A stretch of 32,000 bases of DNA, taken from NCBI GenBank assembly GCA_963751025.1, contig CAVVTC010000006.1:285722-317721 (forward strand), read 5' to 3'. Below are positions 10,012-17,974 of the stretch, in pieces. A program made the translations under genes and the position numbers. The notes beneath the pieces are model-generated. The model was given only the letters and a program-made list of their open reading frames with translations. It made no database searches and was not told the origin of the DNA. Positions within the stretch are counted from its first letter, which is position 1; every line of letters starts with the position of its first letter. Source of the stretch: an uncultured Acidobacteriota bacterium. GTDB lineage: Bacteria; Acidobacteriota; Vicinamibacteria; Vicinamibacterales; UBA2999.

Positions 10012-12710
10012 GCCCATTCGACTCGCCACGCCCGCTCAGGGCAGGCACTCCGCTCTGGCGCCGGTATCTGCGCTTCTGGGGTTCCGACCCGGCAGCCGAT
10101 GTGAACGACGAGTTCGCCTTCCATCTCGAGATGCGCATCGAGGAGCTCAGGGCCCAGGGCCTGTCGCCGACGGCCGCACGTGACGAAGCGCTGCGCGGCT
10201 TCGGCAACATCCAGGACGTCAAGAGAGTCTGCAGAACACTTGCAGAAGAGCGGGAGCATGCCATGCGCCGAACGCAATGGTGGTCCGACTGGCGCCACGA
10301 TCTCCGGTTCGCCGTTCGTCAGCTGACGGTGAGCCCTGTGCTGACGACAGTGCTCGTCCTCACCATCGCGCTCGGCATCGGCTCGACCGTCGCCATCTTC
10401 AGCGTCGTCCACGCCGTCCTGCTTCGGCCGCTCCCGGGAGACGACAGCGAACGCATTGTCTGGATTTACGAGACCCTGCGATCGCGCACCGGCAGCGCGT
10501 CGGTCGGGCACTTTCACGACTGGACCGAGCAGGGCACCGTGTTCGAGCACACGGCGGCGGGCTCGCGCGGCTCCTTCAACCTGTCGGACGGCGAGCCCGA
10601 GCGAGTCTTTGGCATGCAGGTGACACCCGGGTACTTCCGCGTGATCCATGTCGGGGCGGTTCTCGGACGGTACTTTACCGAGGCCGATGTCGCCCGCGAC
10701 TCGCGTCTCGTCATCCTCAGCGATGGCCTGTGGCGACGGCGGTTCGCAGGAGATCCGTCGATCGTCGGCCGCACCATACATATCTACGGTGAAGCGCACA
10801 CGGTGGTCGGCGTCGCTCCTCCCGAATATGTGACCACGAGGTTCGCGCCACAGCTCTGGACGCCGCTGGTGTTTTCCCCGCAGCAGCGCGCCAATTACGG
10901 GAATCACTCGTTTACCGTCGTCGCCAAGTTGAAGCCCGGTGTGACGCTGAGCGCCGCGCAGGCCGACATGGAGCGCGTCACGCGCGGCATCGCCGAACGC
11001 CAGCCGCGGAATATGCAGGGCCGGGGAGTCAACGTCCGGCCCTACCGCGAGGTCGTGCTCGGTGGCGACTTCCGTACCGGACTCTACGTGCTGCTCGCCT
11101 CCGTCACGCTGGTGCTGCTCATCGGATGCGTCAACGTCGCGAACCTGCTGCTGGCGCGTGCGACGACTCGCCGTCGCGAGATCGCGATCCGCGCCGCGAT
11201 CGGTGGCGGCCGGTGGCGAATCGTTCGTCAGCTCCTCACCGAAAGCGTCGTGCTGGCGATCGTCGGCGGCGTCGCCGGTGTCGCCCTGGCGTGGGTCGGC
11301 ATTCGTCTGTTCGTCAGATTCGGTCCACCGAATGTGCCCCGCCTGCAGGATGCCGGCTTTCAGACCGAGGTACTGATCTTCGCCGTGGGCATCAGCCTGT
11401 TGACCGGACTCGTCTTTGGTCTCGCCCCGGCGTTGCGCGCGGCGCGCGAGGACCTGTTGACGACACTGCGTCAGGGAGGAAAGACCTCGCTGCCCGCGGC
11501 ACGAGACCGGCTGCGCGGCGCGCTGGTCGTCGGCGAGATCGCCCTGGCCGTTGTCCTGCTGGTCGGTGCGGGCCTCTTCCTTCGCAGCGCGTGGCGGTTG
11601 CAGCAGGTGCCACTGGGCTTCGAGGTGAGTGGCGTGTTGACGGCACGGCTGGCGTTGCCCGCCCAGCGATACGAAAGCAACGACGCGGTCGCCGCCGCCT
11701 ATCGACGCATTCTCGAGGAGCTGCGCGCGGCGCCGGAGATCCGCCACGTGGGCGCATCGACGAATATTCCTCTCATGGGCGGAGGAGTCGATGCCGGCAT
11801 CGAGATCGAAGGCAGGAAGTTGACGCCAGGCACGGGGCCGAGCCCCTCCATCCGTCTTGTCACGGACGACTACGTCGAGGCCATCGGCATGACGCTCAAG
11901 CGAGGGCGGACATTGAAAGCCTCCGACATGGCGCCTGGTGCACCGCCCGCGGTGATGATCAACGAGCAGCTCGCCAGCCTCGCATGGCCGGGCGAGGACC
12001 CGATCGGGAAGCGGCTCTCGACGTGGACGCGCGAGCCAGACAAGCCCGAATGGCGTGAAGTCGTCGGCGTGATCGGCGACGTAAGAACGTTCGGCCCTGA
12101 GACTCCGGCGCGGCCGGAACTGTTTCTCCCCTACACGCAGCCACCGGCGCCCGCCTGGACGACGTTTCAGCGCAGCCTGGCGCTCGTCGCACGTACGTCG
12201 ACTGCGCCAGCTGCGCACGTATCGACGTTGCGGCGCGTTGTCCGATCGATCGATGCATCGGTTCCGCTCTCCGACGTGCAGACCATGGAGGACGTGCTCG
12301 GCGCGGATGGAGCTGGCCCGCGCTTCAACACATGGCTGCTGTCGTTGCTGGCGAGCGCTGCGCTGGTGCTGGCGACGGTTGGCATCTATGGCGTGGTCGC
12401 GTACTTCGTCACGCAGCGCACCGCCGAGATCGGGTTGCGGCTGGCGCTCGGCGCCACGCCGGCGTCGGTCCTGATGATGGTCGTGCGCCGTGGTGCCGTG
12501 CTGGCAGCAACCGGCATCACGATCGGCGTCCTCGCCGCGCTCGCGGCGACACGCATGGTGACGACGCTGCTGTTCGAGATTACGCCGACCGACTTGCCGA
12601 CCTATGTCGCCGGCGGCCTGTCGTTGCTGACCGTCGCGCTGCTCGCGTGCGCTGTGCCGGCACTCCGGGCGGTCAGAATCAGTCCGATGCGGTCGCTGGC
12701 GGAGTCCTGA
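10008..12710 (+). CDS. ADOP-family (Acidobacterial duplicated orphan permease) MacB/FtsX-type permease
   Basis: 900-aa intact ORF. The N-terminal cytoplasmic leader (DEFAFHLEMRIEELRAQGLSP) is followed by a TM segment and a MacB-like periplasmic domain. The first FtsX module is (LLIGCVNVANLLLARATTRRREIAIRAAIGG). A second periplasmic domain follows, then the second FtsX module (YGVVAYFVTQRTAEIGLRLALGA). No ATPase gene is adjacent. Confidence 0.9.
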   Translation: MSPFDSPRPLRAGTPLWRRYLRFWGSDPAADVNDEFAFHLEMRIEELRAQGLSPTAARDEALRGFGNIQDVKRVCRTLAEEREHAMRRTQWWSDWRHDLRFAVRQLTVSPVLTTVLVLTIALGIGSTVAIFSVVHAVLLRPLPGDDSERIVWIYETLRSRTGSASVGHFHDWTEQGTVFEHTAAGSRGSFNLSDGEPERVFGMQVTPGYFRVIHVGAVLGRYFTEADVARDSRLVILSDGLWRRRFAGDPSIVGRTIHIYGEAHTVVGVAPPEYVTTRFAPQLWTPLVFSPQQRANYGNHSFTVVAKLKPGVTLSAAQADMERVTRGIAERQPRNMQGRGVNVRPYREVVLGGDFRTGLYVLLASVTLVLLIGCVNVANLLLARATTRRREIAIRAAIGGGRWRIVRQLLTESVVLAIVGGVAGVALAWVGIRLFVRFGPPNVPRLQDAGFQTEVLIFAVGISLLTGLVFGLAPALRAAREDLLTTLRQGGKTSLPAARDRLRGALVVGEIALAVVLLVGAGLFLRSAWRLQQVPLGFEVSGVLTARLALPAQRYESNDAVAAAYRRILEELRAAPEIRHVGASTNIPLMGGGVDAGIEIEGRKLTPGTGPSPSIRLVTDDYVEAIGMTLKRGRTLKASDMAPGAPPAVMINEQLASLAWPGEDPIGKRLSTWTREPDKPEWREVVGVIGDVRTFGPETPARPELFLPYTQPPAPAWTTFQRSLALVARTSTAPAAHVSTLRRVVRSIDASVPLSDVQTMEDVLGADGAGPRFNTWLLSLLASAALVLATVGIYGVVAYFVTQRTAEIGLRLALGATPASVLMMVVRRGAVLAATGITIGVLAALAATRMVTTLLFEITPTDLPTYVAGGLSLLTVALLACAVPALRAVRISPMRSLAES

Positions 12711-12719
12711 GTCTGTGAC

Positions 12720-13607
12720 TCAGCGGCCGATAGCCCCGAGCGCCCACGCGGCCTGGCGACGGACTTTGGGGCTCGAATCCTTGAGCGTCGCGGCGAGTGC
12801 GTCCATGGCGCGGCGATCGCGGATCGCGCCCAGCGCCCATGCCGCCTGCGAACGAACGGTCTCGTCCTGATCTTTCAGGGCGTTGATCAATCCGTCCACG
12901 GCCCGCGGATCGCGGATCGCGCCGAGCGCCCATGCCACCTGTGACCGGACGCCGGCGTCAGCATCGCGAAGCGCGTCGATCAGTGCGGTGACGGCGACAT
13001 CGGCATCGAGCGCGCCGAGCGCCCAGGCGGCGACGCGACGAACCGGCGGCTCGCGATCGGCGAGCGCGGCGAGGGTCGGTGTCACGCCTCGGGCATCGTC
13101 GAGTGCGCCCAGTGCCCAGACGGCGTTGCGTCGCGCGACCCACTGCGGCGCGCGCGCGGCGGTGATGAGCGACGGCAGCGACTCGGTGCCGATCGCGACG
13201 AGCGCCGCGGCGGCCTCCTCTCCTGGCGAGGTCTGTTGATCGATGTCCCGCGACCAGTAGTAGCGGTCCTCGCCGCACACCTTGGGATCAACCGGAGAGC
13301 CATCCGGCAGGCGCTCGACGAGCGCGGCGATCGCGTTGCGCGCACCGGATCCGAGACGCTGCAGATCGCACGCGGCGACTGCACGCACGCGAGGGTCGCC
13401 GTCGCGCAGCCTGGCGACGAGATCCGCCGCATCCTGATCGGCGACGTACGAGATCAGGGCTATCGCGGACGTGGACGTCAGCTGAGGCTGCCCGGGAAGC
13501 TGATGGACCAGCGAAGCGACGAGCGTCATCGCCGCGCCGATGAGCGCGACCAGCGTATCGACGGTCGATTTGAAGAACGAGACGCAGAATGGCATGACGG
13601 GCTCCAT
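12720..13607 (-). CDS. HEAT-repeat (PBS-lyase HEAT-like) protein with an N-terminal hydrophobic segment
   Basis: At least six repeats of the type D..P.VR..AAWALGAI(R)D (DREPPVRRVAAWALGALD, DADAGVRSQVAWALGAIRD, DQDETVRSQAAWALGAIRD, DSSPKVRRQAAWALGAIG). The N-terminal segment VDTLVALIGAAMTLVASLV looks like a TM anchor. Confidence 0.8.
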   Translation of the reverse strand: MEPVMPFCVSFFKSTVDTLVALIGAAMTLVASLVHQLPGQPQLTSTSAIALISYVADQDAADLVARLRDGDPRVRAVAACDLQRLGSGARNAIAALVERLPDGSPVDPKVCGEDRYYWSRDIDQQTSPGEEAAAALVAIGTESLPSLITAARAPQWVARRNAVWALGALDDARGVTPTLAALADREPPVRRVAAWALGALDADVAVTALIDALRDADAGVRSQVAWALGAIRDPRAVDGLINALKDQDETVRSQAAWALGAIRDRRAMDALAATLKDSSPKVRRQAAWALGAIGR

Positions 13608-13630
13608 GCTAAGAAATCAGCACCATCGAC

Positions 13631-13703
13631 GTAGGGGCCGCCTTGAGGTGGCCCTCGGGCCGGCTGAAGCCGGCCCCCACGTTGGAAGCCGGCCCCCACG
13701 TTG
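13631..13703. repeat. Cluster of REP-like GC hairpins (one inverted, one direct, plus a 19-bp-period tandem partial copy)
   Basis: GTAGGGGCCGCCTTGAGGTGGCCC (13631-13654) is followed by GGGCCGGC-TGAA-GCCGGCCC (13657-13676). AAGCCGGCCCCCACGTTG then occurs twice (13667-13684 and 13686-13703). The cluster fills the gap between two same-strand genes. Confidence 0.8.
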
Positions 13704-13710
13704 ACGTGTG

Positions 13711-15569
13711 TTATCGGATCTGGCCGAGGGCGAACACAACCTGCTGGCGAACTTCGGCGTTGGCGTCCTTGAGCGCGGCAATCAAGGCATCGACCGCGCG
13801 GGCGTCGCGAAGCTGACCGAGTCCGTGCGCGGCCTGCTGGCGGACCTCGGGATCGGTATCCTTGAGCGCCGCGATGAGCGGGATCAACAGCGCCGCTGTC
13901 GCGAATCTGTCCAAGCGCGAATGCCGCCTGCTGCCGCACGTCCGCGTTCTCGTCCTTGAGCGCCTCGGCGAGCAGCGCTCACATACTTGGGATCGCGCAT
14001 CCGGCCGATCGCGGAGACCGCCTGCTGGCGCACGTCAGGCGTCTTGTCCTTGAGCATGCCGGAGATGACGTCCGCGGGAATTGGCGCGCGCATCCGCACC
14101 AGCGTGTGAAGCGCCTGCTGCCGCACGTCGTCGTCCTCGTCCTTGAGCGCCGCGGTCAGCGCCGCGGTGATCTTCGGATCGGCCGGTGACGTCGCCTGCG
14201 GTCCTTGCTGTCCCCGCGGTGTCTGTGCTCCCTGCTGCGTCTGCACACTGAGAGCGGACAAGGACTCGCGCACGTACAACTCGAGGTTGGGCGGTTCGGG
14301 AGGGGCCGGGACGAAGTTCGGCTCGATGAAGACCTGGACTGGCGCCGGCATCGGCACAGCCTGTGGAGGAAGCGGCGGCATAGGCGTTGGCATCGCTGCC
14401 ACCAGTGGCGCCGGTCTCGGTGTGCGTATCGGCGGGGCCGGCGTCGCTGCGGGTGTTGGTGCCGGCGCTGGTGTCGGCGCAGGTGCAGCCGGCGCGCTGG
14501 GACGTCCTTGCGCATCAGCCTCGGCCGCTTTCGCAACCGGTCGAGCGCCGGCGAGCCAGACGACAGAGGCGATCGCGATCGCGGAGCACGCGACAACCGA
14601 ACGACGAGTGGGTGAGCGGCGGGGTAGAGCCGGATCGAGAATCGCCATGAGTCTTCCCTCGAGTTGTGAGCGGTGCGCCATCGTCACCGCGGACCAGGTG
14701 GGCCAGGCACCGGAGCGCAGTGAGCGCGCGATGTCGAGCAGGTGATCGGCGTAGTCGGAGCCACGCGTGCCCGCGGCGAGCACGAGGTCGTCGCAGGCGC
14801 GCTCTCGCTCCGCGCGCAGCCGTTGCGCGGCGAGCCAGACGAGCGGGTTGAACCAGTAGGTGGCACAGGCCAGGTGCGCGAGCATCTGCGTCAGACAATC
14901 GCGCCGCTTCACGTGCGCCAGTTCGTGAAGCAGCACGACGCGCTGCCGCTCCAGCGGCCATTCATCTGCCTCGGCTGGCAGCAGCACGCGCGCCCGCACG
15001 AGGCCACATGCCATCGGCATGGCGTCCTCGTCGCCGCTGAGGAAAGTCACCGGCCGTTGAATACCGAGTGACTGTGCGAGCCGCTGGCCGAGCGGAGCCC
15101 ACACCGTTGCCGGAGTCGCGCGCCGTGCAATCCACCAGACGCGCACGGTGCCGAACGCGAGGCGCGCCAGGACCAGCAGCACACCGAGCAGCCAGATCGC
15201 GGCCGGCGTCGAGAGTCTGCTCGCGCGTGCCTGCGCGGGCTCTGGTCGCGCGCGCTCGTCTGGTGTGATTGCGGGGAGCGGCTCGAACACTGGATCCGCC
15301 GCCACCTCGGCGACGACCGGCGCGGCCGCCTGCGGCGCGTCAACCGTTGCCGCAGGAGTCGGCAGGACGGCGATCGTCCACTGCGGCGCCACTGTTGCCA
15401 GAACCGGCATCATCAGCGACGCAGCAATCGCCACGGCCCACACCTGATGGCGCGCGGCGGCTGAGCGTCGGGCAAGTGCACGGGCCGCAATCGCCGCGAT
15501 GGCGAGCAGCACGGTGACCTTCAGGACCACATCCACGAGCGGAGGAAGATCGGCGATGACGAACGACAT
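13711..15569 (-). CDS. BlaR1/MecR1-like M56 membrane metalloprotease-sensor with a Pro-rich linker and C-terminal HEAT repeats; two frame breaks (~13975, ~13900)
   Basis: TM-rich N-terminus. The M56 core is RVVLLHELAHVKRRDCLTQMLAHLACATYWFNPLVWLAAQRLRAERERACDDLVLA (HExxH). It is followed by the P/A-rich PSAPAAPAPTPAPAPTPAATPAPPIRTPRPAP.., then D..DVRQQA-type HEAT repeats. The last three repeats continue in two other frames down to the TAA at 13711-13713. Confidence 0.85.
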
Positions 15570-15574
15570 GACAC

Positions 15575-15964
15575 TTAAGCTCCCTGTTTGCGGGCCTGGT
15601 CGATCAGCTTCTTCAGGCGATCGAGCTCGGCGTCATCGAGACGCGATGAGGAGACGTCGAGCAGGGCGGACATGGCCTGAGACGTTGAGCCGTCGAAGAA
15701 GGTTTGCAGCATGTGGCGCATCGCCGACCGCTTTGCGTTGTCGCGCGCGATCACCGGGACGTAGAGGTAGCGAGGCCCGTCCTGCTCGTGCCGGATGTGC
15801 CCCTTCTCCTCGAGGATGCGCAGCAGGGATCGCACGGCGGAGTAGCTGGGGGCGGCCGGGAGCTCGGCGCGGATATCGGCGGCCGAGGCTCGTCCGAGTT
15901 TGTACAGGGCGTCCACGATCTGCCGCTCGCGGCGGCTCAGATCGCTGTGAACGGTTCGACTCAT
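15575..15964 (-). CDS. BlaI/MecI/CopY-family transcriptional repressor
   Basis: MSRTVHSDLSRRERQIVDALYKLGRASAADIRAELPAAPSYSAVRSLLRILEEKGHIRHEQDGPRYLYVP is a winged helix. GAGGGAG lies upstream of ATG 15964. There is a 5-nt gap to the M56 gene. Confidence 0.9.
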   Translation of the reverse strand: MSRTVHSDLSRRERQIVDALYKLGRASAADIRAELPAAPSYSAVRSLLRILEEKGHIRHEQDGPRYLYVPVIARDNAKRSAMRHMLQTFFDGSTSQAMSALLDVSSSRLDDAELDRLKKLIDQARKQGA

Positions 15965-15994
15965 TGGCTCGGCTCCCTCGGGTTCGGTGTGGGC

Positions 15995-16020
15995 GTGCTG
16001 AGAAATTAGCACAGTGCTAA
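15995..16020. promoter_or_regulatory. Candidate BlaI operator: GTGCT-N8-AGCAC overlapping the perfect 15-bp palindrome TTAGCAC-A-GTGCTAA (16006-16020)
   Basis: Three phased GTGCT/AGCAC half-sites lie 31-56 nt upstream of the blaI-like start codon. Confidence 0.45.
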
Positions 16021-16029
16021 GAACTTGGC

Positions 16030-16065
16030 ACAGGCCGGCACGGCCTGTCAAGCGGGTTGTTTTTT
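16030..16065. terminator. Hairpin ACAGGCC-GGCAC-GGCCTGT followed by T6 (on +), just downstream of the minus-strand MBL-fusion gene
   Basis: A 7-bp stem (16030-16036/16042-16048) with a T run at 16060-16065. On the minus strand the A-run precedes the stem, so terminator function for the minus gene is uncertain. Confidence 0.3.
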
Positions 16066-16072
16066 GGGTGTG

Positions 16073-17834
16073 TCAGCTTGCCGACTTGAGGCTCTTGAAC
16101 ACCGCCTCGACGAACATGTCCGTCGTCCAGGCGCCGCTCGTCGCGCCGTAGCGCGAGTCGTAGTCGAGCGTCGGCCGCGCGGCTTTCACCTGCTCGAGCG
16201 TCATGCCCTTCGTGATCATCGCGGCAATGCGGTCGCGCACGATCGTGACCATGTCGCGATACTCGAGCACGTCGAATTCGTCCGAGATACGCCCGTGGCC
16301 GGGAACGATGAAAGTGCCGGCCTCTTCGTGATGCTCGGGCACGGCAAGATCGAGCACGAGGTTCAACCCGTTGAGCACACCCTGCACGCTGCCGCCCTTC
16401 TGCAGGTCGATCACCGGGTAGCTGTCGGTTCTGTAGATGTCGCCGGTGACGATGACGTCGGAGCGGCGGAAGAAGACGATGCTGTCGCCGTCGGTGTGCG
16501 CGGACGGCACGTGATACATGAAGACCGGTTCGCCGTTGAAGAAGATCTCCTTCTCGCGGCCGACGAACGTCTCGGTCGGCCAGGACGAAGTCGGTCGGTT
16601 GTTCATGCGCGCGAGCACGTTGTCGTGCGCGACGATCTTCACCGTCGTCTGCGAGCCGCCAGGCGTGCCGACGATGACCCAGTTGGTGGCCGACCCGAGT
16701 ACCTTGGTCAGACTCTCGTTGCCGCCGGCGTGATCGGTATCAGCGCTGGTGTTGAGGAGGTAGCGCACGGGCTTGCCGGATACGGAGCAGCTTCTGGATC
16801 TCGGCGAGCATCCGATCCGTCATCGCGCCCGACTTCGCGTCCACCATAATCGCGCCGGACGGCCCGACCTGCACCGCGACATTCGCGCCGCCTCCGGCGA
16901 GGAGGTGGACGTTGCCCTGCACGCGCAGGACCTCGAGCTGCCCTGTGTCGGGGTTCTTTGCCTGGCTCACGCGCGGCGCCTCGGCGGTGCTGACGGCGCG
17001 CGCCGGATCTTTCTTCAGCCGCGTCTGGTACTCGGGGTAAATCGTCTCGGGCCCGCCTCGCATGGGCGCCTCAGGCACGCCCGTGCGCTTGACCATCTCG
17101 AGGAGGAACGGGTTCTCACCCGGCAGGTAGTGCGGGACCTCGCCCTTCACGCGCCCGCTGATCTCCTCGACGTACTCGCACGGCCACAACCAGTTGGTGT
17201 TGTCCTGCGTCGCCATCTGGAAGTCCGTCGTCCGGATCATCGGCTCGGCGAGGTACACCGGGTCGGTGATGATGACGACGTGCGAGAGGTACTTGTCGTG
17301 GCGGACGAATCGTTCGTAGAGCGTGGTCTGATCGCTTTCGGGCACGCCGTTCCGCCGCAGCCATCCCTGCTTGAGATGCGTGGTGGTGACGGTCAGCACG
17401 TTGCCTTCCCATCGGCCCGTGGAGAAGCCCATGAACGTGTGCGGCGCGAAGGGAGAGGGATGTGGACGGCCGTCCATCCAGATCGTGCGCGTCTGCTCGT
17501 AGGTGTTGATGTAGTTCTTGATCGCGATCACGCGCTGCGTTTCCGGATCCCGCTCCTCCCAAATCCGAAGCGCGAGCGGGCCATGATAGATGTAGGGCGC
17601 GACGTGCACACGGCACTGATGCTCCTGCAGCGTCAGGCGTGATGCGTCCCAGCTGTCGGCGAAGAGGCGTCCGGCGGTGTTGATGGGCAGCCCGAGATAG
17701 TCGCCGAGATCCGGCCCGGGGCCGCGATCCTGCTCGTCCTCGTGCGCGCGATACGGATTCCAGTTGCCGGCCAGAATCGCCTGCGCGAGCGCCGCGTCGG
17801 TGCCAGCGAGCATGGCGAGAATCAGGCACACCAC
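16073..17834 (-). CDS. Secreted two-domain protein: N-terminal domain of unknown function fused to an MBL-fold domain with a degenerate metal motif; one frame break (~16790)
   Basis: ORF 16740..17834 carries a signal-like VCLILAMLAGTDAALAQA and about 270 aa with no family I can name. The MBL start follows (LEVLRVQGNVHLLAGGGANVAVQVGPSGAIMVDAKSG). The domain continues in ORF 16073..16768 (VRYLLNTSADTDHAGGN, HVPSAHTDGDSIVFF, FIVPGHGRI). The MBL domain spans the frame break, so this is one gene. Confidence 0.7.
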
Positions 17835-17850
17835 TCGAACACGCCGTAGT

Positions 17851-17868
17851 GTCCGGCTTCAGCCGGAC
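17851..17868. repeat. REP-like hairpin GTCCGGC-TTCA-GCCGGAC
   Basis: Perfect 7-bp stem lying 17 nt upstream of the GTG start (17834) of the minus-strand gene, in the divergent gap to the AraC gene. The minus-strand reading CGTCCGGCTGAAGCCGGACACTAC closely matches the copy at 31750. Confidence 0.7.
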
Positions 17869-17974
17869 GGACCCGCTGTGAGTCCATGGTGGGGGTAATT
17901 CTGCGTCGCTTTGGCGCCCACCGCAAGAAAGGTCAAGAAGCCCCGCACGGTCCTCGTCTATCATTCCGTCGCTG

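Noticed and set aside
9897-12218. 773-aa ORF on the minus strand opposite the ADOP permease
   Set aside because: Its Arg/Ala/Gly/Pro-rich, low-complexity composition is typical of antisense shadow ORFs in high-GC DNA. The plus strand encodes an intact protein with a recognisable family and domain order.
16740-16800. Treating ORFs 16740..17834 and 16073..16768 as two separate overlapping genes
   Set aside because: The MBL domain starts in the first ORF (LEVLRVQGNVHLLAGGG..IMVDAKSG) and continues in the second (VRYLLNTSADTDHAGGN). This is one gene with a single indel.
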